Positions 1 through 11,984 of a stretch of DNA of 64,000 bases are shown in pieces (positions within the stretch are counted from its first letter, which is position 1; every line of letters starts with the position of its first letter). The stretch comes from Mayamaea pseudoterrestris. Its lineage: Eukaryota. Made by a program: the position numbers and the translations under genes. The DNA lies in assembly GCA_027923505.1 (NCBI GenBank), contig BROI01000006.1, positions 62,001-126,000 on the forward strand, in the 5' to 3' direction. A model generated the notes under the pieces. The model was not told the origin of the DNA. It searched no databases and saw only the letters and a program-made list of their open reading frames with translations.

Positions 1-768
1 CTGCTTGCGGTGGCGATCCGTTGTCGTTGTAGTTGTCGACGTTCGCTTGGCCTGCATGATTCGTTGCATGGTCATGCGAATCGTTTCCAGTGCGGGTTCC
101 TTGCCCGGCTCGACTAGCTCCTTGATTTCCCGACGAAAATCGGATCCACCCGAGTAAACATCAAACTCCAAGCAAGGTTCGTTGGAGAGGGAGGCGACCA
201 CGGCGTGGTGATGATGAGTGCTGGAGGAAACGTGCTCCGCGGCGCGGTCTGCCCGTGACTTGCGACATGACCGACTACCGGAAGCTCCTTGCGCTCGATG
301 TCTATGGCTGCTTGCTTCTGGCCACTTTGATACTTGCTGAACGTTCAAGGATGATGCATCGTCGTGATGATTCGAATCCGAGTTTGAAGTGGTGGTTGAT
401 CCAGTCACGGCCACGACGGAAGCATTCTGCTCCATGTCGCAACTGCTGCTTCCGTCGTTGTTGCTGCTACTAAACGCGTTATCAGTCACCTCTTGATCCT
501 TCAGCTTTTGCTCGCGCATATTTCCGGCAATGTTTGCCAGGGAACATGATAGTGCATCCGCAATGGCCGCGTCGGAACAAGAGTACGATTCGTTTGTTGA
601 TGCTGCTTTGCTGCTCGTTTCGGCAGACGAAACCGTCACTGCCGCACTGTCACGTTCCCATAGTGATTGCGAGTTGACGTTTACTGGTGCGCATGAGGCG
701 TCAAGATGGACTTGTTCATCCTCTGCCGCCAATTGCGAAACCAATCGTTGCACGCTTTGTTCGTCCAT
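1..768 (-). CDS. 5' part of F-box/armadillo-repeat protein (copy A, truncated by window edge)
   Basis: Starts MDEQSVQRLVSQLAAE and is colinear with the N-terminus of the 37336-40461 ORF. Confidence 0.85.
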   Translation of the reverse strand, partial: MDEQSVQRLVSQLAAEDEQVHLDASCAPVNVNSQSLWERDSAAVTVSSAETSSKAASTNESYSCSDAAIADALSCSLANIAGNMREQKLKDQEVTDNAFSSSNNDGSSSCDMEQNASVVAVTGSTTTSNSDSNHHDDASSLNVQQVSKWPEASSHRHRAQGASGSRSCRKSRADRAAEHVSSSTHHHHAVVASLSNEPCLEFDVYSGGSDFRREIKELVEPGKEPALETIRMTMQRIMQAKRTSTTTTTTDRHRKQ

Positions 769-1626
769 CATGTATATGGAGCCTCTGGTTTGTATGATTG
801 CTTTGATCAGCAACAAGTAGCTCTGCAGGTTGTCTTTCGCTGTATAAAGTATGATTGCTTGTTCTTATAATCAATCTTGGTTTGTAATTTTTATGCGCAG
901 AGGGACAATACCCATCAATCGAATCGTCGGCAGATGCTCCGGAGTCCCATGGTGTGCAAATCATGTCACGCGACGGAAATGGAAGAGCCGCCTGTCGACA
1001 GCTGCTGCATCTTGGTCCATGGACTTCCTCAATGGGCAATAGCGGAAGGTAACAGATGGCTATCACAAGCCGGAAAAATGAATCATGAATGTATTGCCCC
1101 TAAACGTCACTCGTTTTCGGTGCCTTCTGTTGTTGAAAATAATTGCGCCGAGGCTATAGCAAGGAAACGAGCGAACGAAGCACAGATGGATCGGAACCCT
1201 TGGAACCGCAGATGGAAAAATGTCATTATGACTATCTGGCGCAATGTACTCCAGGTTCGGCGCGTCACAGACGCACGAGGGCTGTTGGTTGCTAAGCGTG
1301 AGCTAGCAATACAGTGCCAACGAACATTAGTTATTCGAGCGTGATGCAACTGGAGACTGCATCTACTTGATTTGGCATTGCTAGCCAGCGGAGTGAATAG
1401 GTGCACTTACTTCTTAGTAAACGTGACACCTGTTGTAAGCCTTCGACAAACTACAAAGGACACAGTGCGACGGAAAGGAATGTGCTACTTGTAGTGCATA
1501 CCTCCCAGAAACTGAGCTGTGAAAGTACAACTTTAATTAATAACACTTACATATAACAACTTGTTCAGCCACGTCTTAACATTGATTGGGGTTTTCACGC
1601 ACAGGGTCGTCAACATACAAAATCGT

Positions 1627-2885
1627 CTACTTTGAAACCTTGCGCTTCGACCGTGTGGCGGGCCCAGTCTTGGTGTTCATCGCCTCCATTAACTTGTCAT
1701 GTACAACATTTTTAATCAAATCCAAGTTATTTCCTTTGACCATGTCCCATGCAGCTTGAAAGAGCGGATCGCATACCGCCGCTTGCGGTCTTGTTGTTTT
1801 CGGCGCTCGACGGTAAATGTAAGCCATGTGGCCTTCCTTCGACCCATGCATTGACGTTGGCAACCGCGTCAAAAGTTCCAAGTCAAAGTCCCAGTCGGTA
1901 ATCATGTGTCGTGGTCCGCTGTAGCAAATCATGTATTGAGAGGAACTGTCGTTCCACATGTCCGACAAGTGACCCCATAGTCCTGGTGGGAAACTGAAAG
2001 GAGGTGAGGTGAAATGTGGAGAATGTGATACAAGGGTTAGTTTAACCAACATTGATCGCTAAATGCAAACAAGCAGCCCACTCACCCGCAACTGAACATG
2101 TAGACGTGCGTAAACGGATCAAACGACTCTGCTTCACTTATGTCGCCACAATCAAACATGCATCGATGCTGAATGATTTCAGTGTCTTGCTCATCGAGAT
2201 TTTGTTTACTTGCAGCTTCCAATACGCCATTCAAGCAAGTCATGCCAAGGAGCCATCGATCATGTTCGACCTCAATCCCATAACTGAATTCAACGCCAGG
2301 ATCTTGTGCCACATGCAGATTGGGCTTGCCGATTCCGGACCCTACATCGATAAAGCGACTCGACTTGTTGAATTTAGTGTGCTCGATCATTGCGTTGATT
2401 ACTTTTTGCATTGATCCCATGGTGAGTTCGCCGTAAATTGGCCCAGACGATCCGTTTCCACCAATCGAACCAGTGAGCTTGCGGACAATGCTGTACACTT
2501 GTCGAACATTTTCACGGACTGTTACTTCGTCGACGATCCGCCCAAACAGAAGTTTGCGCTTGGTAGGAGAGTCGGCTTCCTGTTGCTGCTGCTGCTTCTG
2601 GGGGTGCCGAATGGGACGCGCCGGAGTCACCGGATGGACCTGCTGCGACGCACTCGTTCCGTCGCGGAATAGAGCCTTCTGTACATCATGTCGCTCCTCT
2701 GCAACAGCAGCTCCTTGGGATCTAGCACCTGAGGGAGTTACAATAGACTCGCGTGGTTGTGCAATCGCTGCATCTTCATCAGTCGATGGATATTCAACTT
2801 CCCTTGGAAGATTCTTTGGCAGCGAGGCTCTGGCCTTTCGAACGCTTTTCTTCTTTGCCGATTCTTGCTTGCCCGTCTTGACCAT
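1627..2885 (-). CDS. DOT1: DOT1-family histone H3K79 methyltransferase (2 exons: 2885-2086, 1993-1627)
   Basis: Motifs IYGELT, FIDVGSGIGKP, SYGIEV, THVYMF. A GTGAGT...TTTCAG intron joins the two ORFs in frame (SCG|FPPG). Confidence 0.82.
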
Positions 2886-3370
2886 AGTTTGTGAGTTATC
2901 GACTAGTAACCGTGCAAGGTGTACAGCAGAAGATGGATAACAACGGTAAAAGGCCTTGCCGCTGTTCAAAAGAATCGACGGAGAGTTTGTTTCTTATGTT
3001 CCTTGCAGTGGCCTTTTGGCGATCTCCATTAGCGATTCGAGTTACGATGATTACCGGAGCGACGAGTGTTTCGTCGCGGGACAATGCATCCGTTTTTGTG
3101 TGACCAATTTCACTTATAAAGAGGTTGGACAGTCAATCAACGATTTACAGTGACATACAGTATTGAGCAACTTCATTTCTCAGACAGTAAAAGGATGAAT
3201 TATTGCTTCACTACTACGCGTACACTACCGTAGTCAGTGTAAAACAAAAGAAAGGAGCCCAAGCAGCAGAGGGATGAGACGGCGCCTCATAGAATATCAT
3301 AACGCTCTTGCATTCCGTCTACTACAGTATGCACCATCTTTAAGCACGCGTCTATCAAACGATTATCGAT

Positions 3371-4030
3371 TTAAAACTCGTCATTCGCCAAATGCTCCGT
3401 CTCCTTAACTCTCTTGACAAACTCTTCCTTTTCCACACACCCCTTGCATTCAACACCACGATCCGCTAGAATCTGCTTGAGTTGCTTGACTCGAAGCTTT
3501 GAAATATCCTTGACTTCCATCTTTTCAGTCTTGACTGGATTCTTGACGGTGCAAATTTCCGGATTGCTCTTGTTGATGCGTTCACAAACCTTGAGTGAGG
3601 ACATGCCTAAGCTGAATGGTTGTGCCACATCGCGCTTGATTGGGTCAATGTAGTAGCAAATCTTCTTTTCCTTACTATTCAAAGTGTCTCTCGCGCAGTA
3701 TGCTCCCAGTGCGGCTTCAATTTCTGGTTTCTTGTTCAAATGTTCCTTGGCAAGGGTTGCGCGCACGTCGTCCATGACCTTGACGCAAACTGCAGTGATT
3801 GATTAGGAAAGAGGATAAGATAAACATCATTTTCGTCATGGCACTCGGAAGCTGAAAGCAGGTTCCCATCGTCTCTCGTCTATTCGCTCTACATGGTCGT
3901 CTCCGATGCATCGGCCAATAGGGCGGCACGACGAGGACGAAGGAGACAGTCGGCACGCACCTTCGCATTCTCCGGCGGCTGCAATGCCAATCCAGACTAG
4001 AATCAATGCTAATGATCTTAAAGGTACCAT
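3371..4030 (-). CDS. MANF: MANF/ARMET-like ER protein (signal peptide, saposin-like and SAP domains), one intron
   Basis: Signal peptide MVPLRSLALILVWIGIAAAG, then CEVC, KEKKICYY, KVCERI..PEIC, KLRVKQLKQIL..CKGCVEK and an ER-retention-like C-terminus NDEF. Confidence 0.88.
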
Positions 4031-4289
4031 GTTGTCTGTCTATATGAATGTTATGCAGCGTTGGTGTGTGGGAAAGAGGGTCTGGCTTGTCGAGTCTGTG
4101 ACAATCGCTTGGTCGGCCATGCTGAAACGACGAGGCGCGACACGTGGAATGACCATGCGTCAAAAGAGAAAAGGTTGAAGCTATTTTCAGTCGTGGTGCG
4201 ACCTCAGCTACCTGCGCAGCATCGGCACTATTGGACTCGTACGTAATGTATAGAAAACACTTTAAGAAGCACTCCTACAACAGTTCCTT

Positions 4290-5831
4290 TTACCACTTTA
4301 GTTCCATACGCATCCAAGATGCCGTAGGTTCGTCTCCTCCTACACTAATCCAAATATCGCTTGGGCAATGTCCACCTGCATCCGGCTTGCCTCCCATTGC
4401 CTTGTCTCCCTCCGGCAAGCCTGCTCCACCAGTTTCCATCGGTTGAGCCAGCCACTTCAACATGATTCTATTCTTGCGCTGCGCCGCCTTGTGCACTGCC
4501 GAATGCCCTTGCTTCTGCTGCTCCACAAATGACACGTTGAGCGACTGCAGCCAGCGACAAAACTCGCGATACGCGTCCAAGTGTGTATCTGCCGTCGTGG
4601 GCATCATGGCAAGCCAGTGCGCACAGTGGCATTTCCATTCGTTGCGCGCAAATACGTCGGCACCATGTTTCACCAGCACGCGAGCCGCCTCCAAGTGACC
4701 ACCAAAGCAGGCCAAGTGTAGCGGTGTCGTGCCGTCACCTGATCGTACGTCAACGTCGTATAGTTTCTGCTCGAGCAAGTATTTTATGCAATTGACGTGT
4801 CCGTTGCGCGCCGCGTAGTGCAATGACGTCTTTCCGTCTCGTCGCCTTAGCTTTCTATTGGTATTCATGGTGGGCGTCAGCAGCGGCGTTGTCGTTGTGC
4901 CACTGTCAACGTCATTCGTACCAGTTGGAAGCGAGTCATTCTCAGATACAGTACTAGCGCAGTACCTTTGAGCCAACTGACTCAAATATTCGAGACAGTC
5001 CAAATGTCCTCCTCCAGCCGCCCAGTGCTCCGCCACGGATCCGTGGCGATCCCTCGTCAGCAGCAGCTTGGTCACGCCATCGTTACCCGCACTTTGATGA
5101 ATTTCGTCCACCATTCGCTTCAAACCACGCAAATCACCGCTCGATGCGCACTGCAAGAATTCTGGCAAGCTCGTGCGATACGATTGGACATAGTGACCCG
5201 ATCGATTCACTCCTGGTCCAAGAATGGTACTTGTCGTTGCTGCATCGGCACCATGGTCGTCGTCGTTGGCAGCTGCCGCTTTGGCACGCTCCTCCGTCTC
5301 TTGCACAATTTTCAATACTTGAGCGTCCCAATCATTCAAATCTTGCTGGGTTGGTTTGGTCACTGAAGGAACATTGTTTGGAGAAGCGTCAGTGCAATCG
5401 TCATTGTTCTGACGTTGTCGCTTCGTCTTGACAATCACAGGCTCCCTCTGATGTAACAGCTTAACCTGGTGAGTAGTTTCGTTCTTTGGCTCTACTTCTG
5501 TCATTCCAGCCTGCTGCTGCGGATTGCCGCTAACTATTCTGTTATTCTTATTCTTCTTCGCCTTCCACGGCGCATGCACGGCGTGCAAGTGAGCGGCAAT
5601 GCCTCGTCCCAAGGCGAAGCGCTTTTGCTGCTGCTTTCTCATGCTTCCACTCGTCTTCTCGCAGAGAGGGCAGGTCGTCCATCCAGTTGCGGATCCGCGG
5701 CCCGTCTTGACGCTTGTTGTTTTCGAGGTGGACGTAACATGTGGCAACGCCGCTGCCGCATTCAACACTGCCAGACGAGAAATGGCATCCGCCTTTCGCT
5801 TCCAAGAGTCGTTTGTTTCATCTCTTGACAT
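4290..5831 (-). CDS. Ankyrin-repeat protein with N-terminal C2H2-like zinc finger
   Basis: CPLC...HLHAVH. Ankyrin motifs GKTSLHYAARNGH, GTTPLHLACFGGH, GHSAVHKAAQ. Confidence 0.88.
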   Translation of the reverse strand: MSRDETNDSWKRKADAISRLAVLNAAAALPHVTSTSKTTSVKTGRGSATGWTTCPLCEKTSGSMRKQQQKRFALGRGIAAHLHAVHAPWKAKKNKNNRIVSGNPQQQAGMTEVEPKNETTHQVKLLHQREPVIVKTKRQRQNNDDCTDASPNNVPSVTKPTQQDLNDWDAQVLKIVQETEERAKAAAANDDDHGADAATTSTILGPGVNRSGHYVQSYRTSLPEFLQCASSGDLRGLKRMVDEIHQSAGNDGVTKLLLTRDRHGSVAEHWAAGGGHLDCLEYLSQLAQRYCASTVSENDSLPTGTNDVDSGTTTTPLLTPTMNTNRKLRRRDGKTSLHYAARNGHVNCIKYLLEQKLYDVDVRSGDGTTPLHLACFGGHLEAARVLVKHGADVFARNEWKCHCAHWLAMMPTTADTHLDAYREFCRWLQSLNVSFVEQQKQGHSAVHKAAQRKNRIMLKWLAQPMETGGAGLPEGDKAMGGKPDAGGHCPSDIWISVGGDEPTASWMRMELKW

Positions 5832-6050
5832 GTTTAGATATTTTGTTTGAGTAACAGGAAAGCCTTACAAGTTGTCGATGCCGATCAGATCCGTCGTGAG
5901 TCCCTTGATCGAATGGAACGATCGAGTGTGCTGTTTCCATTAACGATGCGACATTCGTTTCTCGCGGCGGCCGCATTCGACGATTCGGACGACGCCGACA
6001 CTGGAGACGATAATTATTTGACTGACGCGAAACGACTCGACTACAGTAGC

Positions 6051-7572
6051 ATGAACCGCATTTTGATCGCTGCTGTCACGATAACGTCAGTAGCACTAGT
6101 AGAATCCAACAAAATATTGGAGTTTCGCCCCGACGGATCGTTCCACAGTCTCCAGGACGAACGAAACAAAAACGCCATAGATTGCCGCGATCAGCATGAT
6201 CTATGCTCCTTCTGGGCCGAAGCGGGCGAATGCACGTCCAATGCTGATTTCATGGAGATTGGTTGTCCGATTAGTTGCGACACTTGTGAAGTGTTTGCAG
6301 CAGCGCAGTCGAGTAAAGCATTACATAACCATGAGCTCGCCGACGTGACTCCGGAACAAGCAGCGCAGCTACTGGAGCAATCACTCGACTTTGGTGTCCG
6401 CCAGTCTGCCGTTGGAAACGACGCCAAGGGAACGTTACTAAAAATCCAAAAGACGATTGACTACATGAAGGACGAAAAGACACTAGCTCTTCCCTTTGAC
6501 ATTTTGGAAAACTGTTTGAACGGTCACGAACTTTGCAGCTTTTGGGGTTATTCTGGTGAATGCGAAACAAATAAAGTGTTTATGAATTTGAACTGCGCTC
6601 CCACTTGCTTTGCCTGCAACTTGGTGGACATGGAGGAGGAGCGATGTCCGTTGGTGCATGACGCGGAACCGGCGCTGCGGCCTGGTGATTTGAATCAGGT
6701 TCGTACAGTATACGCTTTTTGGGAATATGTTGACATTATCGTTGTGTCCATCGTCATCGTTAATATCGTTTACGTCTCTTTTACTCTAGATGTTTGCGAG
6801 AATCGTCGACATGGCACCTAGCGACTGGGAGCTTGACGAATCGGCGCAGCTGAACGACGAAAGCCTTGCGAAAATGTCAGTCCAAGTCCTTTCCTCCCCA
6901 GGCGATGACATGTCTGACGACGAAATATCGATTGACTTTGACAAGTCGGCTCCACCTTGGATCCTCGTCTTGTCCAACTTGCTTTCGGACGACGAATGCG
7001 ATGCCCTCATTGAACTCGGTGACAAGTACGAATTCGTTCGCTCATTGGACTTGGGCCCGCAGCGCTTCGACGGCAGTTTCGAGCATGTGACGAGTGACCG
7101 CTTGACGACGTATGAATCGTGGTGCTCGGAGCGTTTGGGGTGCCGCAGCGAAGACGTTGCCGCTCGTGTTCATGAGCGCATCGCTGGCCTTTTGGACGTT
7201 GCCGCGGAAAACAGCGAGAACCTTCAAGTCGTACGGATACAGGAGGGACAGTTTCATCGAACACATCACGACTTTCAAGCTCATCAAACTGATCTTCAGT
7301 GCGGACCAAGAATACTGACTCTGCATATATTTCTCAATGACTCTGACGATGGAGGAGGAGGAGGTGTCGAGTTTCCGTTTCTTGACCTTACTGTGAAACC
7401 CAAAAAAGGACAAGCACTGCTCTGGCCAAACGTTTTGAATTCGAATCCAATGCTGAAGGACGAACGGCTGTTTCATCAGCTGCTGGAAGTGGGCGAGGGA
7501 GTCCAATATGCCGCGAAGGCGCATTTGCACCTCTACGACTTCCTCACTCCGCATACCAATAATTGCTTCTAG
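6051..7572 (+). CDS. Secretory ShKT-domain prolyl 4-hydroxylase-like 2OG-Fe(II) dioxygenase (intron 6699-6789)
   Basis: Signal peptide, two ShKT motifs (CRDQHDLCSFWA..GEC..CPISCDTC), SENLQV, HHD, GPRILT, GQALLWPNV and distal His. GT/AG intron is in frame. Confidence 0.88.
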
Positions 7573-7803
7573 TAGACAACTTTTTTGATTTTGTACATGA
7601 CTTGTCTATCCCTTGCATGCAACCACAATGTGAGACTACCAAGCTATCATTCCAATAAACCACCACACCGGTGCGGCAATAGTAACATATCGTACCGGTA
7701 CTGACAGCGTCATCTCGTCGAGATCGCGTCCAACCAACAAATCGAGACAGCTGATGGGATAAATCACTCTCGACATAAGTCGTCGGCTTGCTACACTCTC
7801 TCT

Positions 7804-10047
7804 ATGTCGACTAGGGTTAGCAATAAGAATAACAATAGATTCAAGCGTCAAAGAGAAGAGGCAAAAAACCTTCCAGCCTTTTGGGACGCGTCATCCACCG
7901 TTTCGGCAGGCACCTTTGCGGCTCGTCGTCTGCCGGAAGTCAAATCACTTTACAGACATGCCGTAGAAAAAGATGACAATAGCAATGCAAATACATCTAA
8001 CAAATGTACCATGGCTCATTTGATTGAAACCAATACGGCGAGTGGAGGACGCAAGACTTCGTCGCGGCATTTGCGCCGTCGCGCCACGAGTCATGCTGGA
8101 CGCAAGAGGCATCGCTATCCAAAGGGAAATGGCAGCAATCAGCAGCAGCAAGTCAACGATAATGATCCGGAAAAGGAAATACAAGTTGATGAGAAACAAC
8201 CATGCCGACGAAAGAGACGCAAGCCTGCGCAAATGCGGAACGAACACATGCATTGGATGCAACCGAATGTCGACAATGACGCGTCTTTTGCAGCACACAC
8301 GAGCAATTCGTCAGCTTTATCAACAAGCACTGTATCAAATTCTCCTGTTCGCTGGATACCAACCCATGTTTGGCACGCGGAGCGCTTTCGAATGCAAACA
8401 CTATGGAACTGGAAGGTTCCAGTCATGCATTCGCAGCGAGGAGCCGGGGCAGCTATTCGATTGCTCGTCGAAAAGTCCAAGACGCTTCTTCAAGATGTCA
8501 CATGGACTAGTCAAGCAGTATGCTTGCGTGTCAAAGCTGAAGAAGTTGATGCATTCAAAACGCTGCTGCAGCGCATCATGCCAGACTTTATACAAAGGTG
8601 CGGCATGACAGAGCAAGGCCGAGCAGTTGAAACGGCGGAGCATACAGCAAGATCAGAGTGTACACTCTATGACGGCATGCTACATGAACCAGACCAATTT
8701 CCGCGCGGTGCCATTGGACCAGTCCGCTGCGTGACAAGTCGCAAGCAGCCGCTGTTGCGATTCGAACCAAGCGGCGCCGCGCATGGCGACGCTGATCATG
8801 ATGGAGTATCGAATGACTACTTTTGCTATATTCGGACGCACCCTTCCATTCAATTGAAACTATACAAGCTCTTGTCGTTGCTTGTCGAAGGTCTGCCCCG
8901 CGACAGCTACAAGGGTCCGTACCAGTCGTCGTCATGCTTGGATGGCTGCGGCATGGCGTGTCTGCGTTTGCGAGGACGCTTCCTGGCCGATTGCATCAAG
9001 CTGGCATTGGAGGCGTTGATGAAAGATATGGATGCATATGATACTGTTATTGACACTGCCATTGCTCGTGTGGTTGGGGGAGAAGTCATTAAATTGCCGA
9101 TACGCCCACATTCTGAGTTTACCAGCACTTGTCTCGTCTTGCTGCCATGCGCAACATCGCTTACAACACCAACTGCGGAAAATATTGACTCGATTGACTT
9201 GCTATGTGACGCATTGCTCGCCAAGCAATTGTTTCTGGCGCTTGTCATGCACGGTGGGGCTTGTCCAATTGGAATGGTTGAGGAAGCAAGCTTGTTACTG
9301 GAAGTGCCGTCACCTCCAATTCCCGTCTTTCCAAGGGATTATCTTGATACGCTAGAGGGCGAAACATATTGGAAAGGATTGGCCGATGACTGGGGATACG
9401 TTCGTCGACACTTGGAGGGCGGAACAGGACGAATACGTGCTAGTGGGGGACCGCAGTCGAAAGAGAGAAATTGGACGGACATTGTCGACGACAAGGACCA
9501 ACGAGTCGTAGCCATTCGAGGTACTTTTGGGAATGTTCTTTGGAATGCGCTGCAGTCAGCTGGTAATATACCAGCGAGCGTTTCGAGTGAGACAAAGCTG
9601 TGCAGAATACGAAGGCCCACGAGGCAGCCGTGGGAGCTTGGCCAAGCTCCGCTGCTCTCCATGGAAGCCGCAAAGGCGCATACACAACTTTGCGCTAACC
9701 TCATTCAGTCACTCACTCTTCCCGCAATAATCATATGTCACTTGACAATTCTTGGCAAGGGCACCATTGTTCCTGGTACAAAGGTCCGATCAGTCGACAA
9801 GCGAGAAGACAAGTTACTGCTCGGTTTTGTGACAGCATGTTCCTTTTCACCTTCACGAGGCGCCACTCACGGACTTGTCATTTGCGGCGCGGCGCGATGG
9901 CTGGAAGCGGTTTCGTTGGCAAGGGAAGACAACGCATTGTTACTTGGTAACTCAACGACTGGACAGAAACTGTTGTGTCTTGGAGTCGCGGCTGGTGGCT
10001 GCAGCAAGATTGAACCAGCGTTTGGAAGTCTATCCCTGTTTCTTTAA
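7804..10047 (+). CDS. POP1: RNase P/MRP subunit POP1
   Basis: FAARRLPEV, RHLRRRATSH, WIPTHVWHAERFRM, FPRDY.DT, GFVT..FSPSRG. Confidence 0.88.
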   Translation: MSTRVSNKNNNRFKRQREEAKNLPAFWDASSTVSAGTFAARRLPEVKSLYRHAVEKDDNSNANTSNKCTMAHLIETNTASGGRKTSSRHLRRRATSHAGRKRHRYPKGNGSNQQQQVNDNDPEKEIQVDEKQPCRRKRRKPAQMRNEHMHWMQPNVDNDASFAAHTSNSSALSTSTVSNSPVRWIPTHVWHAERFRMQTLWNWKVPVMHSQRGAGAAIRLLVEKSKTLLQDVTWTSQAVCLRVKAEEVDAFKTLLQRIMPDFIQRCGMTEQGRAVETAEHTARSECTLYDGMLHEPDQFPRGAIGPVRCVTSRKQPLLRFEPSGAAHGDADHDGVSNDYFCYIRTHPSIQLKLYKLLSLLVEGLPRDSYKGPYQSSSCLDGCGMACLRLRGRFLADCIKLALEALMKDMDAYDTVIDTAIARVVGGEVIKLPIRPHSEFTSTCLVLLPCATSLTTPTAENIDSIDLLCDALLAKQLFLALVMHGGACPIGMVEEASLLLEVPSPPIPVFPRDYLDTLEGETYWKGLADDWGYVRRHLEGGTGRIRASGGPQSKERNWTDIVDDKDQRVVAIRGTFGNVLWNALQSAGNIPASVSSETKLCRIRRPTRQPWELGQAPLLSMEAAKAHTQLCANLIQSLTLPAIIICHLTILGKGTIVPGTKVRSVDKREDKLLLGFVTACSFSPSRGATHGLVICGAARWLEAVSLAREDNALLLGNSTTGQKLLCLGVAAGGCSKIEPAFGSLSLFL

Positions 10048-10120
10048 CGGTGGAATGACATACTGTAAAAATACTTGAGTTTTAATGTAAATATATAAAT
10101 TACCAACAACTACTCCATCA

Positions 10121-11984
10121 TTAGTGATGATGATGCTCTGCCTGCGCGGAAGTCACATTGGGCCATCGAGCACTCTCATCAACACTGCCATCATCAGCTC
10201 CCTCGAACTCGCGCGACAAATACTTTAAACCAAGCTTACGCGAGACCAGCTGCGCCAAGACACAAACAAGACCAATAATGGCTAGGTTCGCGGGATCCAC
10301 CACCCATAAACCAAGAGTCGCAGTAAACGCAAGCAAACCAGCGCGAAGAGAAAGAAGTAACACTCCACGAACGTTAACGTGTCTCGACTTGCGACATACA
10401 CACCGACCCTTACTTTCGCCCAAACCAATATGAGCAAGAATCATTGTATCCAAGCAAAAGAATATCACTGCCAACGACCCTGCGAAGAGGTTTGCATTCT
10501 GTTGACGGCGAACGTCAGGATCTCCAACCATGATTGTTTCAGACAACAGCCGCGTTTCTTCAGTGGATTGATGCAATTCGTCCAGCAGAAACGTTGTAAA
10601 GGTAGCGCCAAATGATACCAGTGCAAAGGAATATATAATGTGCAGATTGGACCATAAAATGCCTGCATCCTTGGATCGTCGAAGCGCATGGTCATTGACC
10701 GCGTCTCGTGGCAAAGACATGAAGTGAAGGTACTGCAGCAACACCACCATCAATAGCCCGCAGTAAAAGATGCGGTAGAACCAGCTTGACTGATCGCTCA
10801 CGTAGACAATGAGAATGCTGAAAATGGACTCGCCAAGCATGAGCATGACCCATTCGCCGTTGCGATGCACCGTAAATCCAACGTTGAGTGGAATTGTTCT
10901 GATGAAAATAGGTGAGATAGGATCAACAGAGTAAGAACGTGTCCAGGACTTGGCGCCAACATGTCTCAAGGCGGCACTATGTTACATACAATTCCTTGTG
11001 ACGGCCACCAGATGGAAAGAAGAAGAGAATATGAATATTCTGCACAATGTGCTGCGCCAGAAACCCACAGAGCACCAGAATGATGGCAAGATCGTCCTTA
11101 ATTGTAATTGCTTCTTCCACCAGCAGCCGATGGCTGCTGCTTGCGTTTGAGTCGATCATGTTCCACGCAACCATCGCCGCGGCAAGGTAAAACACCAATC
11201 CAATGCACGTGTTGCGCGAGGCGCTCATCGCCACATGCCGCATTTGCTTGACTTGTCCAACCCCCAAGACATAAATCTCCAAGTAGCGAGCCAAGTTCAA
11301 GACCCGCTCCAAGACGAGCGCCAGACAAAAGACGAACAATCGCCTTTGCCCAATCAGTTCATCAATGGGTCGAATGTTCAACACGGCAGTCGCCACCATC
11401 AAAAAGAGCGACACCTGCGCCAAGCGATGAAAGACGTCGTCTCCTTGATAGACGAATCGACAATCGTACATTAGCTTCTCGTTCCAAACGTTCATCAACG
11501 CAAAAAACGTCGCCATGGCGTACAAGAGTCCTCGGCCCGTCGGAGTGACATTCAAAATGTTACTGACATTGAACGTTGCTCCAACATAAAACAAGTCGAA
11601 AAAGACGTCTCCCCAATCCACGCGCGGCAGTACTTGGGTTTCGTTCCAGGTTTGCCGCTGCTGCGGCTTCGAGTACAGCAGCAAGAGGGACGGACGATAG
11701 GAAACGTCGTACGGGGCAGCGTCGAGACTGGCCCGACGCATCATGGCGGCGGTGTAATTGCGAGCAGTGGTCACTGCAGGAGAAGATGAGTCTGCATTAT
11801 TTGGTGTTGATGCAGCAGCGTCTTTTTCGGCTTGGTTGGTAAAATTGTCTGGATCAGAGTCGTAATGCTTTGGTCCCTTATCTTCATAATCGCTACCGGT
11901 GGCTTCCTGCTCCTTGATGACAGAGATAGGATCCGTATCCGTTACCTCATGTTCGAGGAAAGAATCTTGGTGCTCCTCGGCCAT
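10121..11984 (-). CDS. LtrA (low-temperature requirement A)-like polytopic membrane protein (intron 10899-10989)
   Basis: WGDVFFDLFYV and HRNGEWVMLMLGESI motifs, many hydrophobic segments, in-frame GTATGT...CAG intron. Confidence 0.75.

Noticed and set aside
877..1344. 155-aa plus-strand ORF (and the 150-aa counterpart at 40544-40996) as a gene
   Set aside because: Start and C-terminal frame are not preserved between the copies and there is no recognisable domain. Treated as conserved non-coding DNA.
7042..7554. Antisense ORFs conserved in both copies (for example 170 aa opposite P4H)
   Set aside because: Explained as shadows of the conserved sense-strand coding sequence.
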